Source of the DNA: Prorocentrum cordatum
Taxonomy: Eukaryota
DNA: 64,000 nucleotides
Direction of reading: 5' to 3'
NCBI GenBank assembly: GCA_963575745.1
Contig: CAUYUJ010000001.1
Span: 1,736,001 to 1,800,000, forward strand
How positions within the stretch are numbered: the stretch's first letter is position 1; the number at the start of each line of letters is the position of its first letter. Shown here piece after piece: positions 39,848 to 52,039 of this stretch. The notes below the pieces were generated by a model. It saw only the letters and a program-made list of their open reading frames with translations, searched no databases and was not told the DNA's origin. Made by a program: the position numbers and the translations under genes.

Positions 39848-40860
39848 ATGGTGCGCAGTGGGAAAGGCGCATTGGTCGTGCGGCGCGGTGTGGGGACGAT
39901 CACAGCGCCCACGATCGAGGCGGCGGCCGCCTTGCTGCTGCTGCTGCTGCTGCTGCAGGCGGGGGCGCCGAGCAGCCCGCAGCCGGCGGCGAGGGCCGAG
40001 CGCGCGCTGGCGGGCGAGGACTCGGGGAGGCTTGGGCTGAGCAGCCGAGCGCAACGGCTGCTGGGCATAGCCGCGGAGTTGGTCGCCCTCTTTGGCGAGA
40101 CCACCCTCGCCAAGGGCTTGGCCAGGCTCCGCGACGCCGGGCGGCGGCCCCCGGCCCACCTTGAGCGCGCCTGGCGGGAGCTGGATGCGGTCAGCAGGCT
40201 CCTGAGGCACCCTGGGGAGGGTGAGCGTGCGCTGCAGGAGGCGCTCTGCTGGTTCGACTGCGGGGGCGACGCAGGGTCCAGCGAGCCCACGTGCACCACG
40301 GCGGGCCTCGACGTAGACTCACCCGCGGAGGGCTCGCAGGCGGCGCGCGACATCGAGGAGAGCAGCATGACGGAAAAGCAGAACGGCTTCGAGGGCATCG
40401 CGGGGTCTTGCGACCTCGGCTCCACCGACCTCGAGGAGGCGGCGGAGCTGGAGGGCGTGCACGACCTCGGCAGCGCCACCGAGGCCGTGATCTTCGACTG
40501 CGCTGACGCGGAGGGCCAGGAAGGCTTCGACCTGACGGAGTTCCAGGGCCTCGGCGAGAAGGAGACCGATGCCAGCAGGGCGGCCGTGGGGACGCTGGCT
40601 GGGGCATCGGCGGCGGGGGGTCTGTCGGCGGCTACGGCGGCTGGGGCATCGGCGACAGTGGTGGTGGCGGCGATTCCAGCTGTGGCTGTTGACGTGCTGG
40701 CGGCCCACATGGAGGCCGAGTGCGACGCGACGGAGGCGGACGACGACGACGTGTTCCACGACGCGGGGGAGGTCGTGCAGGACCCCCACGGCGTCGTCGA
40801 CGCCGAGGCGGACGCGAAGGCCACGCTTGGAGCGTGCTTGGCGGACCTCGCGGTTGATGC
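39848..40860 (+). pseudogene. LINE C ORF1, 5' part; continues in frame at 43486-43135 (-) if the inversion is undone
   Basis: MVRSGKG...WRELDAVSRLLRHPG...acidic region...LADLAVDA, joining VLVEYARSERWW...QGRKR* on re-inversion. Confidence 0.7.
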
Positions 40861-41700
40861 GCGCGACTTCCCGATGCCGCCGCAGAGTCGTCGGCGCACC
40901 AGAAAGCTTTGCCCCGCTTGCGTGGTACCAGGTGCGCGTGCATGTCCGTCACGAAGGGGTCCGCCGCCATCGCGAACGCCGAGCCGCTGGCAGGGTCTCC
41001 CTGCAGCACGCCACATCGGCACGCGAAGAGTACGCAGCCCGCAGCCGCCACCACGTAGGTGGCGACGTACTGCATCTGCAGCACACTCAGCAGCCCGAGC
41101 GGCACCCCCCACTTCCGCATGACGGCCCAGAGCCAGGTGTGCATCGCTGAAGGGAAGGCCTGCTTGAAGCCAAAGCTAAACGCCCACGGACGGAGGGGCC
41201 GCAGGGCGCCGCGATCAGCCGCGGCGGCAGCCCTCAGCAGGGCACCGGCGGCCAGTGACCTTGGGGCCCCTTCGGCGGCGTTGCGAAGGTCACCGACCCC
41301 CCGGGTCGGCTCGGGGCAGGCACGCTCAGGAAGCAGGGGATGGCAAGGTCTGAGAGCGTTCACACGGTCACTGGTGACGTCATCGTCAACCTCGTCCTGG
41401 TCAATCAGCGCGATCAGGGAGAGGTCCCGGATCAGCGAGTCGAACTCGACGAGGTTGCGCGCGGGGACCCGGCCAGGTACGAATCCCTGTTGCGGCGGTG
41501 CCGCCTCCGCCGCCACCGTGCGCCGCAGTGCGCAGTTCACCACCGCGGTGATGGCCTTCATGGATGGATGTGTTGCGCAGCGCCAGCGGCCGAGTATCCG
41601 CAGGTGCGCGGATGACCCTTTCGTCGCCGTCGGCGTCCTTGCCCCCCTTCGGCGGGAACACGCCGATGGCCCTGCTCGAGTCGGCGTACGAGTCGGCGTA
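40856..41700 (-). pseudogene. LINE C reverse transcriptase core (inside the inversion)
   Basis: FPPKG...TRPLALRNT, QQGFVPGR...NLVEFD, FKQAFPS..H.WLW.V, GVLQGDPASGSAF, CADD. Confidence 0.9.
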
Positions 41701-43491
41701 GGAGGAGGAGGAGGAGGAGGAGGAGGAGGAGGAGGAGGAGGAGGAGGAGGAGGAGGAGGAGGAGGAGGAGGAGGAGGAGGAGGAGGAGGAGGAGGAGGAT
41801 GAGGAGGAGGAGGAGGAGGAGGAGGGAGAGAGGTGACAGGAGAAGCGTGAACAGCGGATACAGCACCTCCCTCGTATGAAGAGCGGATGCGCATGCCATC
41901 CAAACCGCGTGCCCAAGCCCCCTCGCCCCTGCTTCCTCGTTCTCGTCCACCTTTTTCTCCTCCCTGTCCTCCCTCCCTCCCTAACACTCCCTCTCCCCCT
42001 CGCCTCCTCCTCCTCCTTCTCCTCCTGCTCCTGCTCCTGTTCCTTCTCCTCCTCCTGCTTATGTGGTGCGTACTTGTCCTTATCCTGTCCCATGTATCCC
42101 TCTCCCTCCGACTCTCTCTCTCTCTCTCTTTCTCTCTTTCTCTTCTTACTCTGCCCCCCTCAGAACGCCCGGGACTCTGCTCGCTGGCGTCATGGCCGCA
42201 AGTTGAATTCTGATATGTGGAGATTTCGACGACCCTGGCGCATTGGGCGAGGCGCAACAATACCCGACGGAGGACCGACCCAACCCTACAGCAGGTACAT
42301 ACGATAAGCAGTTTTCCTCTGGGGCCCATGTGGGGACGGTCGCTGAGTTTCCTGACATGCGCTAAGGCTTCTTTTGCGGGCCCCCGTGGCCACCGAAGGA
42401 TGAGAACAATCCGATTGGCGCCTGCTGGAAGGTTTGTCTCTTAATTGATGCAACTACTGTACGCAGCTTCGCGCAGCGCACGGCGTGACCCTGACGTTGT
42501 AGACTGCGCGCCGTAGGGCGGTGTGGACAGGAGGCTGCGGAGCCAGTGCCAGGTGGGGCGTGTGTTCTCCCCGATCCCAGCGAGCATGGTTTTATGATGC
42601 GACCGGTCTAGGAAGCGTTCTGGAGCACGTGTCGGCCCTCCGATCTCACTCCCTCGCACAACCCTCGGCGCGGCAGCGGCAAGGTCGAGGCCCAGCCGCT
42701 GGCGCGCAGCGCCGTCCCGGGGAGGCACGGGCGCCTCTCGCACCCAGCCCGCCCATCAGGGCGGCCAGCTCGCAAGCCACGCCGCCACGGCACTCATCGC
42801 CTCGGACGAGTAGCCCGACGGAGCCTGCCAGGACCACGCGGCGACGAGGACCCAAGACAGGGCACCGACAGGAGCGAGCGCCTTCCGAGACCCGCATGGG
42901 TCTCGGAAGCCACACGCCCCACCCCCGCGGGGAGGGCCCGACCCACCCAAGAGCCCAGACAAGAGACCCCAAACAACACCCTGGAAACCAAGGAGAGGTT
43001 TCCAGAGTGCGCCCCGGGACGGCCCCGAACCCGACCAAGAAACACGAGCCGAGTCCAGCAGGAGCGCACGTCTCCGAGCGCAGCTCACAGGCCGCCAGAC
43101 GCCTCGCGGCGCCGCACCAAAATGGGCGAGCAGGTCAGCGCTTCCGCCCCTGCCGCGGCGAGGCCTTCAGCTTCCGCCGCTCCCTTGAAGCCAGCTCCTT
43201 GCTCATGGCGTCCTCCGCCGCGCGCAAGTCGCCGTCGGCCTCGGGGACCTCGAAGCCAAAGTCCGCCAAGGAGCCCCTGGCGTTGGCGAACCACTCGTCC
43301 GCGGTGCCGACCGTCTTCAGGAAGGAGGGCGGCACGGTGGCCACAGCCCTCCGTCGTGCCGCAGCGCGGACCCGCTCCTCCTTCTGGATCGACGATCCAC
43401 CCGCCGTCCCTACTGTCATCCGCCTCTGGAGGCGCCTCCCCCGCAGCTCCCACCATCGCTCCGAGCGGGCGTACTCGACCAGGACGGCATC

Positions 43492-44600
43492 TTAGTACTG
43501 CGCCGCGTCTTCAAAGCCGCCGAGACGCTAGCGGGCCTGGTGCTCAACTTGGCGAAGTGCCAGGCGGTCCCGCTGCGGAAGGCGCCGCCCGACGACTCCT
43601 TCGAGGAGGCGAGGCTCTGCCTGGCCACGGTCGTCGAGGCCTGGGGCGTCTTCAAGGTGAGCGGCGCAATGGAGGTCCTCGGAGTCTGGCTCGGCCCGTC
43701 CGCCACCTCGGACCTCCAGTGGCGCACGCCGGTGGCCAAATGGCAGAGTCGGACGTCTGCGCTGGCGGCCTCCCCGCTCGACACCGCCACAATGCTCCAG
43801 CAGTGCGCTAGCCGAGCGACGCCGGTGCTGGATTGCAAGATGCAGCTCTTCGAGGTGCCGGTGGCGGTCGCCACGTCCGAGCGATTCCGGATCGCATCCC
43901 TGATGGAGACGAGCGCGAGCCTTCTCCCGAACGCGGGCTGGCTCGCCATGCGGGAGCGGGGAGGCGCGCCGCCCGTCCCCATCGCAGTGAGAGGGCGAGC
44001 CACCCTCGTGGGGACAGCCGTGCGCACGGTCCCGGGGTGGTCTCCGCAGGTGGCCCGCTTGCGTGAGCTGCCTCGGTGGGCGCTCCCGCCGCCGGAGCTG
44101 TCCCGCGGCCAGCTCGCGCCGGCCTGGTGGCCTGAACCGCCGATCGCCGCCTCGCTGGAGCTCGCTGCGAGAGGCTGGACAGAAGGGGGGGGAACCTTGG
44201 CCGCCGCAGCGGCCTCGGCGTTGGCGCGCGCGCTAGACGGCCCACATTCCCAGGCGAATCTCACCTCTGAGCCTCTGCCCTCCACCACCTCCTCCCCTTC
44301 GAGCCTGAACCTGTTCGCAAGACGAGGCTTTTAAAGTGGTTTCCCATCCCCCAGGGAGCCCTGGATGGGCTCTGCTTCGAGTTCGCGCGTGCGGGGCTGT
44401 TGCGCTGCCCTCTCAGGTGGCGGTACGCTGTGATCCGGTCGTGGTTGGGGGTATGGGTGACTACCACTAGGCTGGCCAACCCCGATGGAGACTGTCTGCT
44501 GGGATACGGCGATGGCAGTCGGGATTCTTTGAAGCACTACTTGACGTGTAGGCGCTTCAGCTAGTGCCTTGCCCGCGCCCAGGGTTTCGATCCCCCGTCG
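43492..44600 (+). pseudogene. LINE C RT thumb and C-terminal domain
   Basis: LVLRRVFKAAETLAGLVLNLAKC...VLGVWLGP...W..PVAKW; later SWLGVWVTTTRL...CLLG...DSLKHYLTC. Confidence 0.8.
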
Positions 44601-47600
44601 GACCCTCTCAAGCGGTAATTATGGTCTCGACGGAACGACGGATGAGCTCCGGGCTGGGTTTAAACATTTGACATGATGCTACCATTTCCATCGCATCCAG
44701 CATGCTGACCGGCAGCTTGTCCAGGTCGGTGTCCCAGAAATGGACTTGGAGAGGACTCGAGCCGCCCTGCTGGCCACCGAGCTGGCGTCCATTGAGTAGT
44801 GGAGTCTCGGGATCTCTCCCCAATTCGACGCTGCGCCTCCTCCTCCTCGTCCCCCTCCTCCTCCTCCTCCTCCTCCTCCTCCTCCTCCTCCTCCTCCTCC
44901 TCCTCCCCTTTGCCCCTCCTCCCCCCCGTTTTTCCCCCCGCTCGCTTCCCTCCCTCTCCCCGTCTCCCTCCTCCCCATCCCCTCATTACCCCCTCCCCCC
45001 TCTGCCCAACCAAGTCCACAGGGGCGTACCGAAGGTAGCGCCGCTCTGGTACTTCTCCGGGTGTGGAGCGCGACGTCTGGCGATGGCGTTATTGCATCAC
45101 TTCGTTCATTCCGCGGGCCGATCTTGCATCACTGCTGCTATCTGTGGGTTTGCTCGTGGTGGGCGAGGAGGAGGAGGAGGAGGAGGAGGAGGAGGAGGAG
45201 GAGGAGGAGGAGGAGGAGGAAGAGGAGGCGAGGAGGAGGAAGAGGCGGAGGAGGAAGCCAGGAGGAGGAGGAGGCGGAGGAGGAGGAGGAGCAGGAGGAG
45301 GTATCTCGATTGCTTCTTGGGACACTCTTGGGGCCAGACGGGGTCGTGGGCAAGATGCCTCCTCAAGAGGCTCATTGTTGTCTTTCGGGTGGCGTTGGAG
45401 CCCTCTTGGCGGTAGTTTGGAGACCTCTTGAGGCCTCTCCAGGCAGTCTTTTGGGTCGAAGCGATTCTCCCGTGGAGGCAGCTGTGCGACAGCGTTATTT
45501 CATTGAAGGGCTCCGAGGGGTGGGGTCAGACCCCGCCGCCCCACGTGGAACGCGGTCGCTTTGGTGACAAAGTGACGAGGTGCGAAGGCCGCGAGCAGAC
45601 TGCGGGAAGCTTGGCGGAGGAGGAAGGGGGCAGCGAAAACGAGGGCGCCCAGACGGCCCGAGTTGGCTCCAATACACTTCTAGGACAGCCCAAGATGCCT
45701 CCAAGATGTCCCGAGGTGGCCAGAGAGGCCCCAAGAGGCTCACGAAAGTCTTCAAGAGATGCTCCAAGAGGCGCGAAGGGAGCCAGAGATGTGTGAATTT
45801 GATGGGCCCCATTCGGCTTTGAATGCTCTTACCGGAGGGTGACATTTACTTGTACAAATTCGCTATCGAAGCCCAAAAACACATGCAGTCAATTTGTTAC
45901 CCCCCCCTTGCGAGCTGTCGAAGCATCCTGGGGGCCCGCCAGGGCGAGAAAGGTAACACAGCAAATCACACCTGTGCTTGCTCGGTGAGGTGGGCCCGCC
46001 CCCCCTGCGGGCCTTCCAGGGGCGCATGTTCGGCAATCGTGAGGTGTCATTGCAGCCCATTGGGCGCCATCTTGAAGCGTAGCGCCGATCGACCCGCGCT
46101 CTAGGACCGCTCTAGGGCTCTCTCTTGTGCCCTCGTAAGGCCCTCTCGAGGAGTATTATGGTCATGGTAGAGCTCTTCTGTGGCCCTCTTGGGGCCACCT
46201 CGGGGCCCGAGAATGCCGCTGGAGCCCGCTGAGGCGAGAAGGTACGTGTTTGTTCGATGATTCTGGAATTCCTGATAGCTTCCGAGGGGTCTTAAGCCGT
46301 CTGGGGTCATCTGGAAGTTTTTAAGGTACGCAGCTTGGCCGATCGTGGGCTATCTTGGGGCCATGTTGGCATCATGTTGGGGACATTTCGGGGTCATCTT
46401 GGGGCCACTATAAGGCCTGGCACGCCTTGGTCATTGCTCTTGGGGGACTTTGGCCCGTTCTTCGCCCGCTTTGGGGGCGACTTGGGGCCCAGTGAGGTCC
46501 GCAGACCCCAATGGGGCGCCCTCGCCCGGAAGGACTAGAAACATTATCGCTCAACCACAAGCGCATGATCTGGCCCACACCAGTATCTTAAACTCTCTTG
46601 GCCCGATGGGCTGGTGAATCTTCTCCTCCCTTCTACCCCCCTCCCTCCTCCCTCCCTCCCTCCTATGGCACGCGTGCAACGCAGCGTGTCGGATGCTGCC
46701 TACGCTTTGAGAGTCGTGCCCGCTGTGCTAGTCGTCGTGTCGGAGTGCCACCGTGCAGGCAGGGTCTTTCAGAACAGTCTGATTGAAGTATGTTGGCCAT
46801 AAATGGCCACTCGCAATCGTCGGCGAGCGAAGGAATTAGGACCACCCGAGTTCCACCCATGATCTTGGTGTTCCCGCCGAGGAGGTGCTGGACTCTTCTT
46901 CCCCCGGCGGCGCAGACTGCGTGGCCCTGCGCGTCAGAGTCCGCGACGCGATGGGGACGAACTTCATCCGTTGGCCGGGGGGCCGCCGGCTGGACTTCTG
47001 CGAGACAGGCCCCCGGCGGTGCTCGTCTCCAGAGAGCTGCCAGCAGGGAGGGGACGCTTCGCGCGGGGCGAGAATCGGCACTGGCGGATCGTTGGACCGA
47101 CTCGGTTCGGAGGCAGGGCTCCAGGCCTCCCAGATGAGGTCGGAGCAGATGGGTTCGGAGGATCGCGCCGCATCGCCAATGCATCGCCGATCTGGCGCGA
47201 CGTCGAGCCTGATTTTCTCCACCCCTGCGTCGCCGATGCATCGCCGATGTCGCCAATCCAACGCCGATGCATCGCCAATGCATCGGCGATGCATGATGCG
47301 GTTCGATCCTTCGACGCCCTTCATGCGATACATGATGTACTCGGACCCCATCTGGGAGGCCTCTAAAGGCCGCCACCTCTGAAAGCGATCCGCGCGCCAT
47401 GTGCGAGCGAGCGTGCCCCGTTCGCGGCACGCGTCGAACGATACTCCCAGAGTTTCTTTTCGCCCAGGCTCGTTAGCGCAGCTGGATGCCAGCAGGAGCT
47501 CGATGCCACGAGTGGGCTGGGGAGGTCGGCGTCTCCAGAAAGGCCCCATACCTCCGACGTCGGGAGTTCGTCACCGCGTGGGCCCCTGGATCTGGCGACC

Positions 47601-47829
47601 TCGTCTCTCGAATTGGCTCTTCGCCCTGATCTGCTTCTGACGGCCCTGGGCCCGATAAAGGCCCCCAGAGGCCCAACACTGCCAACAACTTCCCGCCGTG
47701 TTTTTCTTATGGTGCGAGGGGGCCTGGGGCTTCCAAGCAGCGGCTTTTTTGGTGCTCACGTAATAACGGGGGCCATCGCTAATGGGAATCAACCGAATCT
47801 CCTCCGACCCCCCCTGGCTGATCATGCTG

Positions 47830-48065
47830 GGAGGAGGAGGAGGAGGAGGAGGAGGAGGAGGAGGAGGAGGAGGAGGAGGAGGAGGAGGAGGAGGAGGAGC
47901 GGGAGGAGGAGGAGGAGGAGGAGGAGGAGGAGGAGGAGAGGAGGAGGAGGAGGAGGAGGAGGAGGAGGAGGGTAGGGGAGGAGCAGGTGGAGGAGGAGAA
48001 AGAGGAGGAGGAGGAAAAGGAAGAGGAGGAAGAGGAACATAGAGAGGAGGAGGAAGAGAGGGAGG
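47830..48065. repeat. (GGA)n microsatellite; similar tracts at 36695-36770, 41701-41823, 44835-44905, 45165-45300
   Basis: Read directly from the sequence. Confidence 0.95.
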
Positions 48066-48699
48066 AAACCGCGTGCCCGAAGGTTTTGGGCGGCAGCCAG
48101 CGCGGTGCCCCGCCCTCAGGGGAGCGCTCGCGCACCTGTACCATAACATATGCTACTACCACATTCCATTTCATTTCATACATCCCAGGTGTCAGGGTAC
48201 AATTTCTACATTGGTACGCACCACCACCACCACGACCACCACGACTTCCACTTGGAAGCCATCGTGGCACACACGCGGACGCAGACAACGAGCTGCAGCA
48301 CGCACCCTACTCAGGGCCGCAGCAGCACCCAACATGTTCGATTCGCGGCACAGCACCCATCAACCACTTCGACACCCACCTCAAGTTCCGACCATGGCGA
48401 CGTCATGGAATGCAACTGCAAGCGGATCGTGAACTGCACCGCCACCATGGAGGTCAGCATCGAGCCGACCACGAAGCAGACCAACGACACCCAGACCCAC
48501 CACGCCGGCAATCGGATCGGGCCTGGCGCGTTGTTGGAGGAACCACAAGCGGACGGACCAGAGGGCCAAGGACCACCCCGACAAGCTTCGGAGCCAGAAC
48601 CATAACGGGAAGGGCATCATGGGAAGACCGTAAGGGACTACCACGGGCCCGACAACTGGATTCGGAAAGGCAGAGAGAATCTCAACAAGGCTTAAGGCA

Positions 48700-50000
48700 A
48701 GACAAGACACCTACCTGATGGTGAGAGGCCGAACACGGAGAAAGAGGACACCCATCATTACAACAACAACATCGCCAACATCATCAACAACGTCATGCCC
48801 ATGAGGAAGATCTACGCTACTAGGAGGCACGACTGGGAGCCAGCACCCATCGACCCCAAATTGAGGGGCGTCTGGAATAATACCGAATACATCGTGACAA
48901 GCGACCCGCGGCCGCCATCGCCAAAAGTAGCGCGGCAGGACTGCCTACTACACATGCAGTGGCGCAGACTGCCTTCACAGAAGCCATGATCCTCAACGGC
49001 ATGCCCCTGGCCCAACAGGCTAGGGAGATCGGCTTCGCGGAGCAGACCATGGAGGATTATTACGAGCACGCCCAAAACCACCTGCATCAGATAAAGGTCT
49101 ACAGGAATGAACTCGAAAACGAGATAGAGGAGCTCAACATCGTCCAGCGGGACATCAGCAACGATGGGGGCGACCGGCACAGCGAGCAAATAACGCTGCC
49201 GACGACGAGGCTGAGAAGCCAGGGCGAGACCTACCACGAAGAGGGATACCCACCCCAGCACCAAGGAGACAAACATGGACCGGGGAAACTGCAGAAGGAC
49301 CAGATGTCGGCACCCTACCCAGGAAGCTGAAGGAGGACAACCAACGCATTAACGAGGTACAGGACCTCAAGAACCACCTCCGACAGGCTGACGAGACTGC
49401 GCATAAACATGAACGCAGTCGACACATAGAGGCAACCAGGGCACTGGGCTACCACAACGAGCTCGCGGACGAATTCCACAGCGCCAAGCAGACGACCGAG
49501 AAGATGGCAGCGTGCCGTGAGTTCTTACAGATGCGGAAGGAGGCGGTTCTCGAGAGGATCGAGGGGGAGTTGGAGGCGGCCATGCGGAACGCAAAGGCCA
49601 CAAGTGGCCAACGAAGTACACCATTGACTGGACAGCTGAAAAGGAGTTCCAGGACACAGAAGAAATTCATCGACAGCAACAACGGCCGCGCCAACATGGA
49701 CCAGCAGCTCAGAGAGCCATCATAGGTTGCAGGTGGAAGACCTGAGTCTTGCAACGTGACCATGGAGGCCGAGCAGCAGATCGCCAACGTCGAAGCGAAT
49801 GCGGCCGAGGTGCGGACGAGTACATAGTCAACATGATCACATCACGCTGGGCAGCGAGTAGAGCGACGCGGAGACCAGGAGCCTACAAGCTCAAGAACGA
49901 AAACAGCAAAAGGATATGCACATGGGAGCCATCATTCAACAAGCAGACGGGGAGTACCAGGGACGGGCCACCGACGCCGAACGGTTTACCACGACAAGAG
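48700..50000 (+). pseudogene. Decayed coiled-coil coding relic, possibly retroelement Gag-like
   Basis: A/C-rich plus strand with successive short ORFs of heptad character (YRNELENEIEELNIVQ, VLERIEGELEAAMRN); no catalytic motifs. Confidence 0.35.
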
Positions 50001-51134
50001 ACGCCGAGCTCGCGCAACAACAAGCGGGTTAACTGCGCAGAGCGCTTATTGACAGGAGAAGTGCGAGCAGCAGGCGCACTTCGGCGCGGTCCAGGCCGAC
50101 GGGGGAGGAATGTGTGCAGGAGCCTGCTATTGTGGAGCACCCAGCAACGGTCCGCGAAAGCAGACAAGTGCCCAGCAACTGGCTACAACCTAAGGTACAA
50201 CGCCTACGACGCCGACCCAACGTATGCCGTGTAACATGTGGCCCGCAAACCCACGCGCCTAGCGGGGCTCGGTGGGCCAGAACTATCAGCGCGCATCGTC
50301 GCCAAGCCCAACATAAGCAGATGTACGCATGAGCCTGGAGCCCACCCACCATTGCTCCGGGCGCAACGATGGCGGCGCATGGCGAAGCATCGCAAATCGC
50401 AGCAGCCAAGAACTGCGAGGTCAACAATATATTGGCGGCGCCATTGTCTGAAGTTATCAGGATGAGATGGGCGGCAGCACCATCGACGGAAGCGCGGCAA
50501 ATAGAGGGGGCATTCTCCGCGTTCTACGCGCCACTCGACGCGCGTGAACTTCGGGCGCAGCGCGGGCCGCATGGCCCACCACCATATCGGTCAGGCTGAC
50601 CACGGGGCCAGATCAAGCCAGCGCTCACAGCGCCACGACCTCCTGTCGGTGCACCATAACGACTAACGGGGGCGAGTCAGCCAATCGCGCGGCCCACATA
50701 ACTCGGCGCATGCCCCCTGATGGGCTCTACCTCAAGTCGATGTTGAGCTACTTCTGCCAGGGGTTCCCGCGCGCTCGACCTGAGAGGGGGGGGGGGGGGG
50801 GGGCTGCCCCCTTCCAGCCGACCGCGCAAGCGAACGGAGCGACCATCGCCGAGCAAATTAGGCTACCGAGGAAACCCACATACTTACCAGGGGTCTTGCG
50901 TGGTGATAGGTGACGCGAAACTTGCGAATATGTTGACGGTGGCCATCGCTTCGCCAATACCGAAGGCGGCGCGGTTCAAGCTTAGGCTGCCTGCCGCGCC
51001 GCGCCAACAGGAACGATTACAACGCCAGAGGGAAGCTGAGGTTGCCAAGCGTCGCATAGGAAACGGCTCGCACGCCGCTGCTTCGACAGAACGGGATGGG
51101 GCAGGGGGGGCAGGAGGGATGCAGGAGGCGTTCT

Positions 51135-51387
51135 CGCCACGCCTGCTAGGCCCTCAGAAATTGGCGCGTATAGAGACCGCGGTGAGAGACCACCCTTGCG
51201 CACCCCGTGTGACGTCGACAAGGTGCCACGCCTGCTAGGCCCTGCGGCATCTGGCGCGTATAGAGGCCGCGGTGGGAGACCACCCCCTGCGCACCCCCTC
51301 TGGCGTCGAGCATGTGCCACGCCTGCTCGGCCTTGCGACATTGGCGCGTATAGAGACCGCGGTGAGAGACTACCCCCCTGCGCACCC
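51135..51387. repeat. ~90-bp tandem repeat interrupted by the LTR element; resumes at 59961
   Basis: GCGTATAGAGACCGCGGTGAGAGACCACCC...GCGCACCC x3; the unit continues as CACCCTCCCTGGTGTCGAGAAAATGTCACGCCTGCTCGGCCTTG after the 3' LTR. Confidence 0.85.
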
Positions 51388-51583
51388 TGTGAATGGAACC
51401 CGTGTAATACCCTCATATATACTCCTTATCCTTACCTCTCCCGCACCTGGCCGTTTGGGCTCAGGTACTGAGTTGGAGCGATCGTACCTTGATCGCTTGG
51501 GAGGGAAAGATATCCATCTATCCCTCCATCTCTCTACCAACGGATCAGGGGTTCTGTACCCTTGTACTTCAACCCCATACACA
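51388..51583 (+). repeat. 5' LTR
   Basis: TGTGAATGG...CCATACACA; TATATA at 51416. Confidence 0.96.
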
Positions 51584-51595
51584 GGCTATCAGCCC
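51584..51595 (+). promoter_or_regulatory. Putative primer-binding site GGCTATCAGCCC, resembling the half-tRNA-iMet type GGTTATG(A/G)GCCC
   Basis: Directly after the LTR CA; no TGG start; 10/12 match to the copia/Hemivirus-type internal tRNA PBS. Confidence 0.55.
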
Positions 51596-52039
51596 TTTAA
51601 AGCTCACCTTCGCCGACTCGACCGCGGTGACCTTGCATGCGAGCCTGATGGAGCCACTTCGGCGCATGCGCCGTAAGGGTTCCATTGGGGCTTCGCGTCC
51701 AAGCTCTCCCGCGGCCCGACGGCTCGGTGACGAGTTGGAGAGCATTAGTGCGGACTGTGTTGGTGTTCCAGATACCCCCCCCCCAGCTCCCAAGGACCCG
51801 AGGCGCGACTAGCTGCTGAACTTCGCCGCAGCGCCGCCCGCGGGGGGACAGGAGAAGGAGTAGGAACAGGAAGGAAGGAGTTTCACACGCCGACCTTCGA
51901 TCCTCCCTCCCCTTCCCCGTCGGGAGCAATCCCAACCGCGTCAGGCGAAAGCCTTACTGGTCTCGATACTCCAGGGCGCTTTCGCGCTAACCGCCGATGG
52001 ACCTCAGGTGCTGGGACCCCCAGCCCTGCGACCGCCCCT

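Larger units (their letters stand above)
39715..44610 (+). mobile_element. LINE C: SL-headed non-LTR retrotransposon, decayed, with an internal 2.6-kb inversion (40856-43491)
   Basis: Order is SL, ORF1 5' part (+), ORF1 3' part and RT core (-), RT thumb and C-terminal CLLG...DSLKHYLTC knuckle (+). The 3' boundary is approximate. Confidence 0.82.

Noticed and set aside
47165..47300. Clustered GCATCGCCRATGCATCG palindromic repeats
   Set aside because: Short low-complexity cluster with no definable TIR/TSD or regular spacers.
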